Source: Squalus acanthias (taxonomy: Eukaryota). From it: 64,000 bases of DNA. The stretch is from contig CM059432.1 in NCBI GenBank assembly GCA_030390025.1, positions 88,538,001 through 88,602,000 on the forward strand. The letters run 5' to 3'. Position 1 is the stretch's first letter. Each line of letters opens with the position of its first letter. The position numbers and the translations under genes were made by a program. The notes beneath the pieces were generated by a model that saw only the letters and a program-made list of their open reading frames with translations, ran no database searches and was not told the DNA's origin. Below, one piece after another: positions 23,832-37,151 of this stretch.

Positions 23832-25354
23832 GGGCTAGAAATTTATTATAGCCCAGGAATGGGTGGTGTCATTTGAAAAGTTTGAGAATTAGCGCCAGGC
23901 GCTAATGCTTTAGACTGCACGCAAAATTCATTCTCACTGCTCAAAGAAATGATTGGAGCGCTAATTCAAGTCTTAAAGGCCTAGCTCAGTGGCGTTATAC
24001 TCAAAGAGTGGACCAATATCGGGTGCAGTCTAATCTCAACTCATCATTGCCACAGGCTTTTCCCAGTACTTAAAGGGGAGGTTCATTGATACTGCAGCAC
24101 CTCATTCTCAGCATTGCTGGCTGTGCAGCTGCCTCAGCAAGGAGAAGCACAACAAGGAGAAGGAGCTGAAGGACTGAAGCAGGTGTGCTCATGGCAGATC
24201 CACCTCAGTCGGGTAGTCAGGGTGATTGAATGCTTCACCAAATGCTACATACCACCATCTGTACCACAAACTTCACACACTGCCCAAAGCACCACATCCC
24301 CAGCGCTCACCCACCAACAATCTCTATCTACCAACACTCACACCCACATCTCATGCCTTGCACACAATGACAGCTATTCAACGATGGCAGGCACAAGGGT
24401 CATTAGTTATTAGAATGAATGTGATATGTGTGATACGTTTATGCATAAATTTATGAATGGAGTTTGCAATATTTTGTGGTCTCTCTCATTTCACCTTTGT
24501 GCCCAGGAGGACGCTGTGATATGGCATGACACAGAGATGGTATGATGGGGATGTGGTGAGAAAAAGGGATCTGGGTTTAAGTCATCCTGGTGTGAGGCTG
24601 GAGGTCTGTTTGGAGGACGTGGCAGAGTTCTGTGACCAGCACCTTGGTGAAGCGGACCCGTCTAATACACTGCTCCTCGCTTAATTGAAGGTAGGAGAAG
24701 TGCTGTCGGAATACCCTTGGAGGGTAAGGCCTCCTGGTGAGAGCCCTGATGTCCCTCCTCATCCCTCTGCGCACATGTTCCCATATTTCTCACTGCCTAA
24801 GCTCGGCCATAGATCCTGGAGGGCGAGGTGGCATGCCAGTACAGCCCCCATTAATGTTGCCAAGTGTAGCAGTTTGAATCTTTGAACAATAAATGTAGCT
24901 ACTTTGTAGTTGCCAGACGACTGCTGATACAAAGGAAGCTTGAAATTACTCATAGGAACTGTTCTAGTGAGTGAAACTGACAACAAACCATTGAAACTAA
25001 CCTGCCCTGACAGCTGGGGGTGATTAATGCTGATGCCTTTAAATAACGTCATTGGAGCCGGCTTTCTGGAGCTGCACGCCAGCTCTCCCTGTCACTGACT
25101 GGTCGAGGCGCTAAGGTAAGTGGCGACAATTAATTTTCCAGATCGGGCGGCCAGTGAGCGTTGCATGCTCACTGACATCTGCCTGGCGTTGAAGTCCCCG
25201 GCAGTACCTCGTACCGGCGGCACAACGGGGGGGGGGGGCCCGGATTTGCCGTGCGTCACTGGATTCACCTCGCCCCGGCGCTACTGCATCAACGCTCTGT
25301 TAGCGCCATCTGCTGACGCTAACGGGAGGCACTGAAGTACCAAATTGTTCCCGC
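23832..25354 (-). mobile_element. non-autonomous Harbinger deletion derivative, copy 2
   Basis: Reverse-complement homolog of 8064-11185 without the LTR, with the same truncation junction QPHTRMT*. Confidence 0.85.
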
Positions 25355-25969
25355 AATGATTCCATATGAGTCTATTCTACGAGATGTAAACGGACTACTG
25401 ATTCCCTATCACCCATTTTACCCATCGCGCAAAGTCAAAATTACCCCCATTGATTTTTATCACCATGCGGATGCACAAGTATTTGATTGATTAACATGTA
25501 ATATGAATATAATTCAGAACAACTCGCAGGTACTTGTACAAGTTGCAAAGGCCACTTTTATTAACAGCAATGTGTGCTTATCATTATTAATATTCAGGAC
25601 GTAAAACCTGCTCTCTGTGGACTTTTACAGAAAGATAGCAAGTCCGTTTAAAAATATAGTAAAATCGTGCAAAAATCTTAGGCCTAGAAATTGGATATGG
25701 CCACAAAACGGGCAGTGTTAAGGCTCAACGATGTTCAGCTGTGCCAGGTCAAAATGGTTTAGGTAGCACGCAAAACTCATGCTCAGTCCTCATTAACATG
25801 ATTGTAGTCTTGATCTCAGCGCTAAAACCACTGCTCGTTGGCTTACCGCTCAACAGGTAGACCAATATCGGGTTCCAGTCATGTTTGGCACAGGCTTCAT
25901 TCAAGGGGAGGTGCATTGATGCTACAGCACCTTATTGTCAATCCAGTTCCAACTTCACCTGGAAGAAGA

Positions 25970-27891
25970 CGGCAGTGGAAGCACAAGGCTGAGCCTCAGC
26001 ACAGGGAGAGAGCCCACAGATTCCCAGATGCGGCTCTTGAGGCACTGGTGGTGGCCATAGAGAGGTGGTGGGCACTCCTCTTCCCGTAGACTCACAGGAA
26101 GCCCTTGCCACACACATCTTGAAGGCTCTGGCAAGAGATAGCTGCCTACGCGATGGCCAGCACTGAGGTCCACCGGTCGGTCGTCCAGTGCTGAAAGAAG
26201 TTTGATGACCTCACACGGCAGGTCAAGGTGAGTGAAGGCTTCAGCAAATGTCACATCCCACCATCTGCACCACAAGCCTCTCACACTGCTCAATGCACCA
26301 CACCCCCAGCACTCACCTACCAACAATCTCTACCTATCACCACTCATAACTCACAATCATAGCTTCACTTCACCCTCATAACCTTATCACTGCTGCAACA
26401 CTCACACCTTGCACACATTAATAGCTATTCAACTATGGCAGACACATCACCCAAACACATTGCACCACACTCACTCATTCACTTCCATTTGGCAGACAGG
26501 CGGGGGGCAAGCTGCCATCCATGACCTCACCGACCTGGAGGAGAGAGTGCTGGAGTATATTGGGCGGCAGATGATGGAGGCCTTGGCAACCAGCTAGGTT
26601 TAGCCCCTTGGGGACAATAACGGTATGCTCATTCCTAATCCTTCTTCTCACACCCCACTTCCCCCTCATCCCACAATCTCTTCTCACTCTCAAGCAGCTG
26701 ATGCTGTACGCATGCATATCTTGCTTCCCCCCTCCCCCCCTCCCCCCCTCCCCCCACCGTAACTCGACTCTTGTGCTTTTCTGCTTTCAGCTAATCAAGA
26801 ACACGCACCTGAGCAGCCTGTCCCCGAAGCGATGCAGGAGAGCGAGGGTGGAGAAGAAGAAGAAGAAGAAGACGATACAGCATCACTGCATCTGTCACTC
26901 GCAGACACCAGCTCAGAAACTGGCACTGAGCGTACTTTAGAGGCTAGTGTAGAAGCGGGATCTGCACAGGGTGAGGCACCAGGCATGAGTGGGCTGCAGC
27001 AAGGTGGGGGAAAGGGTAGCTCAGGGGCCAGCTTCTTGGAGGGCGAGTTCACGCGTAAGTTCTGCTGCACAGGACTCAGATGAGGACCTCGATGGGGCGG
27101 CCTTCAGATGAAGAGTGATGGGCATGCACACTGAATTGCTCGGTGCAATGGCAAGTCTGCCAGAGAACCTTTTAGCAATGTCAAGGAGCATGGAGAAGTT
27201 CACCTCCAACATTGCACAGGGCTTTGCGCAGAGCTTGGAGCCTAGGATTTCCAGGTTAGAAATGATGGAAAACTCCCAAAGAGACCGTGTCGACCCAGAC
27301 ATGATGCTGCGTGTAATGGGTGATGTCACGGCTGCCATTGAAGCACAGGCGGAAACGACCCAACGTCTTAGTGCTGCAGCGGAAGTGCAGACCACTATCA
27401 TGTAGTCTCAGCTTGATGGCATCCAAGCTCAGACTGCTGCCATCATGGCTGGGTTTACCACCGTCGACTGGGGCTTGCAGGGTGTCGCAGCAACCCAGCA
27501 ATCTGTCCTCCAACAGATGGCTAGGATTGGTGAGGTGCCGCACTGGGGGAGTGGCAGTGGGTCAGTGGAACAGGACCCTATTGTCCTCTCTCAGGATGAC
27601 AGCATTTCTGTTCCCACCACTGTCGCTCCGCCATTGCCCTTGCCGCTGCCTGTCAGCCAGCCAGCCCAGACTGCTGCCGCCCATGCCGAGATGGTGCAGT
27701 CCACAGCCGGGCCTTCGAGGGCCAGAGCTGCTCAAGGTCGTCCTGCAAGGCCATATGAAGTCTCCCCCATGGAAACTCAGCAGTCTTCCACCAACCATGC
27801 TGCAGCCACTGGGGGAGCACTTCGTAGGTGCAATAGATCAGAAAAGGGGACTCAAACGACAGGCATTAAGGGATTGCACAAGCCTGATTAG
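25970..27891 (+). pseudogene. Harbinger Myb/SANT accessory gene, 3 exons, disrupted
   Basis: RERAHRFPDAALEALV..KKFDDL|gtgagt, then TGGG..LTDLEERV, then exon 3 with MHTELLGAM and VLSQDDSI. In-frame stops are present. Confidence 0.78.
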
Positions 27892-28064
27892 TTTGTATCA
27901 TAAGCGTAAATACGTACCAATTGATTTTTGATAAACTTATTAATTTTGTTTGGAATCTTTTGTAGTGGCTCTCATTTTAGCTTTGTGCCCAGGAGAACGC
28001 TGTGATATTCCATGAATGAGGAATGGTATGATGGGGATGTGGTAAGCAACAGGGATCTTTGGTT

Positions 28065-29230
28065 TCAGTCATTGGAATCAGAGTCTGATGAGTCGTTCAC
28101 GGACATTCTGTCCGGAAGGGGGTTTGGCTGCCTGCCTCCTCCCTTCCTCCACCTCCTCCACCTCCTCACCCTCTCCCACGTCCTCCACCTGAGGTGGTGC
28201 CACAATCCCTCGTGGCAAGGGCTGCACCCTCATGATGGCCAAGTTGTGAAGCATGCAACAGACCACCACGAAATGGGACACCCTGCTCTGCCGACTATTG
28301 GAGGGCTCCTCCCGAGCGGTCAAGGCAGCGGAACCATTGCTTCAGTAGCCCGATGGTCTGCTCGATGATGTTCCTGGTTGAAGCATGGCTCTCATTATAT
28401 GAGTGCTGGGCACGAGTGTTGGGGTTGCGGAGGGGAGTCATGAGCCAGGTGAAGAGCGGATGGCCCTTGTCTCCGAGCAGCCACCCTCGAGTTTGATGTG
28501 GTGGCTGGAAGATTGTTGGCACACCGGACTGACATAGAATGAAGGCATCATGGCTGCTGCTAGGATAGCGGGCATTGACCATCAGGAAGCACTGGACATG
28601 GCCACACACCAACTGCACATTAAGTGATTGGTAACCTATGCAGTTACGGAAGATCTCAGGATTGTTATGTGGCGCCCGCAAAGCCAAGTGGGTGCAGTCG
28701 ATGGCGCCCTGCACCATGGGGACGCCCGCTGTCCTGGCAAAGCCACTTGTGCGCTTGTCCTGCTTCTCTCTGCTCAGAGAGAAAAAAACATAGTCCCTTC
28801 TCCTGGTGTAGAGAGCCTGTGTGACCTTCCGGATGCAGTGATGGACGGCGAACTGGGAGATGTTAGCTATGTCTCCTGCTGCAGACTGGAAGGATCCGCT
28901 GGCAAAGAAATTGAGGGCCACGGTGACCTTGACTGCCACTGGGAGAGTCGTGGTCACCCTGCTCTGAGGCTGCAGGTCTGGTTGCAGGAGGTGGCAGAGT
29001 TCTGAGACCACCTCCTTGGTGAAGCGGAGTCTCCTAATACACTGCTCCTCGCTTAAGTGGAGATAAGAGAAGTGCTCTCAGAAGATCCTAGGTGGGTAAA
29101 GCCTCCTGTTGAGAGCCCTCCTGGCCCTCCTTCTCCTCCCTCTGCGCGCATCTTTTCCTCTCCTTTGCTGCCTCCGCTCCCTCTCCCTAAGATACTCGAG
29201 CGTGAGGGGGGCTGCCAGTACAGCCCCCAT
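28065..29230 (-). pseudogene. Harbinger DDE transposase pseudogene
   Basis: ORF 28295-29011 carries GAIDCTH, LLGDKG and IIEQTIG; both termini are frameshifted. Confidence 0.9.
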
Positions 29231-29858
29231 GATTGTGAGCAAGTGTTGTGAGCAGAAGCCTTTAAATAAGAATGAAGGTGTTCTCCACTTGCCCCAACAC
29301 TCCCTGTTACCAATGAACCTTGAAAGAAGTTAATAAAGCTGCTGGAGTTGCAGAAAGTTGCACAGAGCCAGTCAAACTGAAGAAACATGTCAGGTGCAAG
29401 TAGTTGCTGATGATCCTTTTAAATAACGCTGCTGGAGCCTCCTTCCTGCTGGTCAACGCTTGCTCAGCTCGTTGCACTTAAGGCATGCTGGTAAGTGAAG
29501 CGGCGAAGTCGAAACTCGCAGATTGGGCGTTCTGCATAATCTACATATCCCTAGTGAGCGCAGACATCGGCAGCGTTGCCAGTCATCCCAAAATGGTGGC
29601 CGCCGCAGTACCCACCGGCAGTGGGCGGAAGAGCGGTGGCTGCCATTTTTTTTTGCTTGAATCTGGCGGTAACAGGTGGTGCTAACCCCCAAATTTCTAG
29701 GCCTTAGAATTTATTCTAATTCAAAATTTTCTATGGCGGAATAAAACTTAGTGGAGCGGTGTGTCCCCTCAGCTTCAATTCAAAACAAAAGGCTGGCAGA
29801 ATTCACAAATAAACTCCACAGGTGCTTTTCTTTTGTGAGAACCCAGCACTGAAACTAT

Positions 29859-30042
29859 GGGGTAGAAATTGTTCTTAGGCGGTATTGCAAAACGTGCGGT
29901 TTCACAGTGGTCGCCTGTTATACCCCCGCCAGATATTCAGTTTTATTGACTTCAGTAGAGCTGAACATCTGGCGGGCGTATAACAGACAAGCAATGTGAA
30001 GTCGCCCCTTCTACACAACCGCCCAAGAATAATTTCTACCCC
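29859..30042. mobile_element. 184-bp palindromic MITE (Harbinger-type ends)
   Basis: Ends GGGGTAGAAATTGTTCTTAGGCGGT / ACCGCCCAAGAATAATTTCTACCCC, an inner hairpin centred on ttgacttcag, and flanks TAT/TAG. Confidence 0.8.
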
Positions 30043-30974
30043 TAGAATTTTAAACAACATTTTTACTTTCTTGAAGGTGACATATTTAGTAACTGAGATG
30101 CTATAAAAAGATCTTGTCAAAGACTGTGGACTTTGTTTTAAAACATCAGCCTCTTGATTGTTAAACACCAGCAGTTGTAGTACTGATTTTCTGCCTTTAG
30201 ATGTTGTTAGTGGGCTTTGTAAATACAGCACTGCATCAGTGTGTGTAAAGACCGCTCAGGTCATGAACTAGTAATATGAATGCCATTAGTTTTATCCTTA
30301 GTGGTAAGAAATGGAAAGGCTTTGTTGATGTAGGCTCCTTACAGTTCATTTTTCCATTGATGATTATGATAGATAGTTTGGCCATGAGCTATTCTATTGT
30401 GGTGTATTCCATATGCTGCTCAGAAAGACTATTGCATTATCTCATTTAACACTGATTAACAATTGTAAGGCCTACGTATTCGGGGGTTTAGCGCCGGCCG
30501 TTAAGACCCGTTCTGAAGAAAAAATGGCAGCCGACTCGCTTCCACCCGCTTCTGGCAAGTCCTGCAGCGGCTGCCATTTTGGGCAGGTCAGCAGTGCTGC
30601 CGTTGCCTGCGCTCGCTGCAGAACTGCAAATGAGACAGATTGTGATGTCAATGAGTTTGCAACGCTCATTTGACGCTTGATCTGCCATTTTCAACGTCGC
30701 CGCTCCACTTACCGCTCTCTGAATCACGACCAGCTGATCAAGCATTCAGCAGCATTCCAGGAAGAAGCCTCCAGCAGCGCTATTTAAAGGGATCATCATC
30801 AACAACTGCAGCTGACATGGTTTCTCAGTTTAACTGGCTCTGTGTAACTTTCTGCAACTCTTGTAGCTTTCTAAACTTGCTTAAAGTTCCTGAGATGACA
30901 GGGAGTGTTGGTGCAAGTGAAGAACTCCTTCATTCTCATTTAAAGGCTTCTGCTCACACCACTTGGTCACAGTC

Positions 30975-32096
30975 ATGGGGGCTGTGCTCGCAGATCCCTC
31001 ACGCTTGAGTATCTTCGGGAGAGGGAGCCGAGGCAGCGAAAAAAAGGCGAAGATGCTCGCAAAGGGAGGAGGAGGAGGGCCAGGAGGGGTCTCAACAGGA
31101 GGCCTTACCCACCTAGAGTCTTCCGAGAGCACTTCTCTTACCTCCACTTAAGCGAGGAGCCGTGTATTCGGAGGCTCCATTTCACCAAGGAGGTGGTCAC
31201 AGAACTCTGCCACCTCCTGCAACCAGATCTGCAGCCCTTCATTTTTTCTCCAGCGGATCCTTCCAGTCTACAGCAGGTGACATAGCTAACATCTCCCAGT
31301 TCACCGTCCATTGCTGCATCTGGGAGGTCACAGAGGCTCTCTACTCCAGGAGAAGGGACTACATTGTCTTCTCTCTGAGCAGAGAGAAGCAGGATGAGCG
31401 GGCATGTGGCTTTGCCAGGATAGCAGGCTTCCCCATGGTGCATGGTGCAGGGTGCCTTCTACTGCACACACGTGGCTTTGAAGGCACCGTATACCAATGC
31501 TGAGGTATTCCGTAACCTCAAAGGCTACCATTCACTTAATGTGCAGCTGTTGTGCATCATGATGGTGAATACCCACTATCCTGACAGCAGTCATGATGCC
31601 TTCATCCTGCGCCAGTCCTGTGTGCCAGGAATCTTCCAGCCACCATGACAAACCTGAGGGTGGCTGCTCGGAGACAAGGACCATCCGTTCTGCACTTAGC
31701 TGATGTCTCCCCTCCGCAACCCCACCACTCCTACCCAGCACTCATAATAATGACAGCCATGCTGCCACCAAGAACACTATCGAGCAGACCATTGGAGTGC
31801 TCAAGCAACGGTTCCACTGCCTTGACTGTTCGGGAGGAGCCCTGCAGTACTCGGTGGAGCGGGTGTCCCATTTCGTGGTGGTCTGTTGCATGCTCCACAA
31901 CTTGGCCATCATGAAGGCCCAGCCCTTGCCACCAGGGATTGCGGGACCACCTCAGGAGGAGGAGGAGGAGGGAGAGGAGGAGGAGGTGGATGAGGAGGAG
32001 GACGAGGAAGTGGAGGAGGGAGGGAGGAGGCAGGCAGCAAATCCCCATTCCGGACGGGCTGTCCATGAACGCCTCATCAGACTCCAATTCCACTAA
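30975..32096 (+). pseudogene. Harbinger DDE transposase pseudogene
   Basis: Motifs SGSFQS, MVQGAFYCTHV, KGYHSLNVQL, SHDAFILRQ, LKQRFHCLD and CCMLHNLAI plus a poly-E tail, spread over shifted frames. Confidence 0.88.
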
Positions 32097-33176
32097 ATGA
32101 AACCCCAGATCCCCAATACCTCACTACTTCCCCATCATACTGTCCCTCTGTTACGGAACATCACAGCGTGATCCTGGGCACAAAGCTGAAATGAGAGACA
32201 CCACAAAACACACATTCCAAACAAAATTCAGAAATTTATTTGATTCTAATCAAAATTATAATATCAACTGAACACCCGTGTGCATGCCCTGGTCTGTCGT
32301 TAGTGTGCCTTTACCTACTCTAGCGCTCCTACACAATGCTCCCTCAGTGGCTGCAGCATGGCTGGTGGAAGGCTGCTGACTCTCAGTGGGGGAGACTGCA
32401 GATGGCCTTGCAGGATGACCTCAACCAGCTGTGGACCTCGAAGGCCCAGCTGTAGACTGCACCACCTCGGCATGGGCAGCAGTCTGGGCTGGCTGGCTGA
32501 TGAGCAGCGGCAAGGACATGGTGGAGCGGCAGTGGTGGGAGTAGGAAGGCTGTCATCCTGAGAGAGGACAGCAGGTTCTTGCTCCACTGACCCACTGCCA
32601 CTCCCCCGGGGCGGCGCCTCAGCTTCACTAGCAATGTGTTGGAGGACAGTGAGATGTTGGGTCGCTTCTGCCTGTGCTGCAATGGAAGCTGCAACATCGC
32701 CCATCGGTTGTGGTGAGGGGAGTGGGGGGAAAGCAAGATATCTATGCATATACCATCAGCAGCTTGCAAGTGAGAAGAGATTGTGGGATGATGGGGAAGT
32801 GGAATGTGAGAAGAAGGATTAGGTATGACCGTACTGTCATTATCAGCAATGGCTTCAACTTCTCCGGTGGCCTCCAAAAATGTCAAGCACCGATTCCTCC
32901 AGGTCGGTGAGGTTCCATATTGCGGCTTGGCCGCCTCCTATCTGCCGCTGCTCCCTCCTGTTAAGTGCCACCTTTGCCTACAAGAGAAAGGGAAGTGTGT
33001 CAGTGAGTGTGGTGCAATGTGTTTGGGGGATGTGCCTGCCATAGGTGAATAGCTGTCAGTGTGTGCAAGGCGTGCGATGTGGGTGTGAATATTGCAGCAG
33101 TGGTAAGGTTGTAAGGATATAGTGAAGCCATGAATGTGAGGTATGAGTGGTGATAGCTCGAGATTGTTGGTAGGTG

Positions 33177-34312
33177 GTGGTGGACCATTAAATAAATAAC
33201 AGGAGGAGGAGGCTTCATGAATATCCCCATCCTCAATGATGGTGGAGCCCAGCACATGAGTACAAAAGACAAGGCTGAAGTGTTTGCAACCATCTTCAGC
33301 CAGAAGTGTCGAGTGGATGACCCATCTCGGCCTCCTCCTGAGGTCTCCACCATCACAAAAGCTAGTCTTCAGCCAATTCGATTCACTCCACGTGATATCA
33401 AGAAATGGCTGAGTGCACTGGATACAGCAAAGGCTATGGGCCCCGACAACATTCCGGCTGTCGTGCTGAAGACTTGTGCTCCAGAACTAGCCGCGCCTCT
33501 AGCCAAGCTGTTCCAGTACAGCTATAACACTGGCATCTGTCCGACAATGTAGAAAGCTGAGCAGGTATGCCCTGTCCACAACAAGCAGAATAAATCCAAT
33601 CCGGCCAATTACCGCCCCATCAGTCTACTCTCAATCATCAGCAAAGTGGTGGAAGGTGTCGTCGACAGTGGTATCAAGCGACACTCACTCACCAATAATC
33701 TGCTCACCGATGCTCAGTTTGGGTTCCGCCAGCACCACTCGGCTCCAGACCTCATTAAAGCCTTGGCCCAAACATGGACAAAAGATCTGAATTCTAGAGG
33801 TGAGGTGAGAGTGACTGCCCTTGACAGTATTTGACCGAGTGTGGCATCAAGGAGCCCTAGTAAAACTGAAGTCAGTGGGAAGTGGGGAAAACTCTTCACT
33901 GGCTGGAGTCATAATTAGCACAAAGGAAGATGGTTGTGGTGGTTGAAGGTCAATCATCTCAGTCCCAGGACATCGCTGCAGGAGTTCCTCAGGGCAGTGT
34001 CCGAGGCCCAACCATCTTCAGCTGCTTCATCAATGAACTTCCCTCCAACATAAGGTCAGAAGTGGAGATGTTCGCTGATGATTGAACAGTGTTCAGTTCC
34101 ATTCGCAACTCCTCAGATAATGAAGCAGTCCATGCCTGCATGCAGCAAGACCTGGACAACATACAGGCTTGGGCTGATAAGTGGCAAGAAACATTCACGC
34201 TACACAAGTGCCAGGCAATGACTATCACCACCACCTTCTCAAGGGCAATTAGGGATGGGCAATAAATGCTGGCCTTGCCAGTGACAACCACATCCCGGAA
34301 TGAATAAAAAAA
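33177..34312 (+). mobile_element. family B LINE fragment, 5'-truncated and internally deleted
   Basis: GPDNIPAVVLKTCAPELAAPL and QFGFR motifs, the same 3' tail as the other copies, and AGGTG duplicated at 33172-33176 / 34313-34317. Confidence 0.85.
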
Positions 34313-35386
34313 AGGTGAGTGATGGAGGTGTGGTGCATTGAACAGTGTGTGAGTCTCGTGATGCAGATAGTGGGTTATGGCATTTGCCGTGCGAAGTCAT
34401 TAATCTTTTATAGGCACTGGATCTGCGTCCTTGGGATCACACTGGTGGCCGTGACAGAGTGAGCTATCTCCTCCCACAGACTTGTGCAAATGGCCTTGGA
34501 TCTCCTCCTCCCACTCTGTGGTTACAGGACAGTCTGCCTTCGTTGCACAGCCACGACCAAGGCATCCAGTGCAGCATCTGAGAACCTTCTTGTTTACTCC
34601 CTTGGTTGCTGAGCTATGTCTTCACCCACACTGACAATGAGGTGCTGCTGCAACAACGCACCTCCCCTTTCAGTAGTGCAGAGAGCCTAGACCAAACCTG
34701 ACTGGCCAGTAGACAGCACCCGATATTGGCCCCTCCGTTGAGCGCTAAGCCAATCAGCAGCGCATTTAGTGCTGAGATCAGCGCTCCAATCATTATAATG
34801 AGCAGGCGGCATGAATTTTTCATGCTGCCTGCACCACTTTGAACGGGTGCGGGCAAATAGCACTGGCTCTTGACACCGCCCATTTTTGGGCCTAATCCAA
34901 TTTCTGGGCCTAAAAGTTTTAACAGTTTTCTTATTTTATATGTAACTGCTGTATTCCATCTTCATTTTCCTTGAAGCACAGTAACAGCACTTGTGAAAGC
35001 ATCCACTTTTGCAAATCTTGAACTCTAGGGGGGAAAAATTAGGTCGCGCCCCGTTTGGGGCGCAAATATCGTCTGGACGCAAAAATTAGCGCCTGGCGCT
35101 AATTATCGCCACTGATTAGAAACTTCACTTTTACCGCCCCGGGAGGTGAGTGGAGCGCTAAATCAGGCGCTGCACACCTGTCTTAAGGCGCAAAGGCCGA
35201 GCAGTGAGGCGCTAACTCAGCGCGCGAGCGCAGCGCAGGTACTGCCAGTTAGCGAGGGAACACAGACACACTGGCGCCGGCCAGTTCTTAAAGCGGGGGG
35301 GCCAACTTGCTCCCCAGCCACACCCTGCTCATTGCAGCCTTGAATCTCGGCCTGGAGAGACCTGTGAATCCATTTTGCTGCCAAGG

Positions 35387-37151
35387 ATGGAGAGGGTGAG
35401 AGAACGAGCTCAGCGCCTCACCGAGCGGGCCTTGGATGCTCTGGTTGGCGCAGTGGAGCGCAGACGATGTATGCTCTTCCCTGAGAGTGGCAGGAGGCCT
35501 TTGCCACGCGAGTACAGAAGAGTGTGGAGGGAGGTGGCTCAGAGCGTCTCCTCCAGGATCATGGTGCCCAGGACCCATGTTCAATGCCACAAAAAGTTCA
35601 ACGACCTCACTCGGGTCGTCAGGGTGAGTGGCTTTTTCTCAATACCTCTCCATCCCTCCATCTCAACCTCACTCTATGGCCAGAGGGTGTTAAAACCCCA
35701 ATGCACAACACTCATCCAACACCTATGGCCCTTTCATGAAACACACACACACATTCCACACTTTGCATACAGTAAGGGCTATTCACCTATGGGAGGCACA
35801 TCAGGCAAGACCATGGCTGTATTTTACTCAGATGCTGTCCTTTTACTTGCAGGCCAAGCTGGCGCATAATAGGAGACAGCAGCAACGGACAGGTGGAGGG
35901 CGGCCTCAGCTGCAACCCCTCAGCGATCTTGAGGAGCGCGTCCACAGGATTGTGGCAAGCCGGGTGATCGGTCCCGTCGCCACTGGAGACGCCGACCCCG
36001 TTCTTGACAGCAATGGTAAGGTCATCACCTTTTTGTCCTCTGTCCTTCCACTTGTCCCTCACAACACCAGCCTTTGACACTTTCAATCCAACTTGCTAAC
36101 TCGCTGCACTTATTCCTCCCTTACTGCCACCCTGTCCTCACGCTAAAGCCACTCTTGTACCTCCCTGCTTTCAGATGGTGATTCACCAGCTGAGGAGACG
36201 GGCCCTGAAGCTGCCAGTGGGAGTGAAGCTGCAGGCGAGGAGGAAGATGAAGGCGGAGCATCAGTGCCACCCTATCCCGAGGAAGCCCATGCCCACACTG
36301 GGAACACGCCTTCCCTGGAGGGGAGCAGGGGGGAAGGGTCTGATGAGGGTGAAGCTCCAGGACCCAGCGGGCTGCAGCAACGCCATGGGGGTAGGGAAGA
36401 ATGGGGGCCTTCTCCCCAGAGGGAGAGTATGCCAGCGACTCCTACTGCAATGGACGCAGAGGAGGAGCGGCTGATCGCAGAAATGAACACCCAGGCGGTG
36501 GGCATGCACACTGAGCTCATGGGTGCAGTGGGAAGGGTGCCCGAATGCATTGAGTCACTGGCAAGGAGTGTGGAGCACTTCGCTGTAGCACAGGCGGATG
36601 CCACACTAAAGCTTAGTGCTGCAATTCAGTCACTGACTGCCGTGATCCCATCTCTGACTGCTCTCATGCAGACTCAGATTGAGGCCACGCGAGCACTGAC
36701 TGCTGCCAACCTCGATGGTTCGTTCACATGTCCCCGGGGCTCTCACCACGCCGCAGCAGGCCAGCAATCTGTGCTCCAGCAGATTGCTCCGGATGCTGAA
36801 GTGCTGCCCCTTGGGAGTGCCAGTGTGTCGGTCGAGCAAGGAGTTGCTGTCCTCTCTCACGATGACAGCATTCCTGCTGCCAACACTGTCACTTCTCCAC
36901 TGCACTTGCCACCGCCTGTAGGACAGACTGCTGCCGCCCATGCAGAGTTGGTGCAGTCTGCAGCCGGGCCCTCCAGGCCCAGAACTGGTCGAGGCCGTCC
37001 TTCAGGGGCATCTGCAGTGTCAGGGTCTGACAATCAGCAGCCTTCCACCAGCCTTGCTGCAGCCACTAAGGTCCCATTACGGAGGAGCAGTAGGGTTAGA
37101 AGGGGGGAAGTGCGCAAGGGAAGGAGATCACCCTCGAAGGGCAAAAAGTAG
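35387..37151 (+). CDS. Harbinger Myb/SANT-like DNA-binding protein; join(35387-35623, 35853-36015, 36175-37151), 458 aa
   Basis: Canonical GT-AG introns (agg|gtgagt, ttgcag|gcc, atg|gtaagg, tttcag|at). The phases give one open frame with WREVAQ..QCHKKFNDL, AHNRRQQQRTGGG and LSDLEERV. Confidence 0.87.

Larger units (their letters stand above)
23608..25448. mobile_element. palindromic Harbinger-type MITE split by nested insertions
   Basis: Arms GGGGGTAATTTTGA..AAAATGGGTGATAG and CTATCACCCATTTT..TCAAAATTACCCCC, with a 3-bp ATT on both flanks. Confidence 0.75.
25681..29703. mobile_element. full-length (4023 bp) decayed Harbinger element
   Basis: Perfect 12-bp TIRs GGCCTAGAAATT / AATTTCTAGGCC and TSD TTA, with convergent Myb (+) and transposase (-) remnants. 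Confidence 0.92.
30469..34910. mobile_element. decayed Harbinger element (transposase +, Myb gene -) with a LINE insertion
   Basis: Ends GGCCTACGTATT / AATTTCTGGGCC with TSD TAA. The architecture is the mirror image of 25681-29703. Confidence 0.85.
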
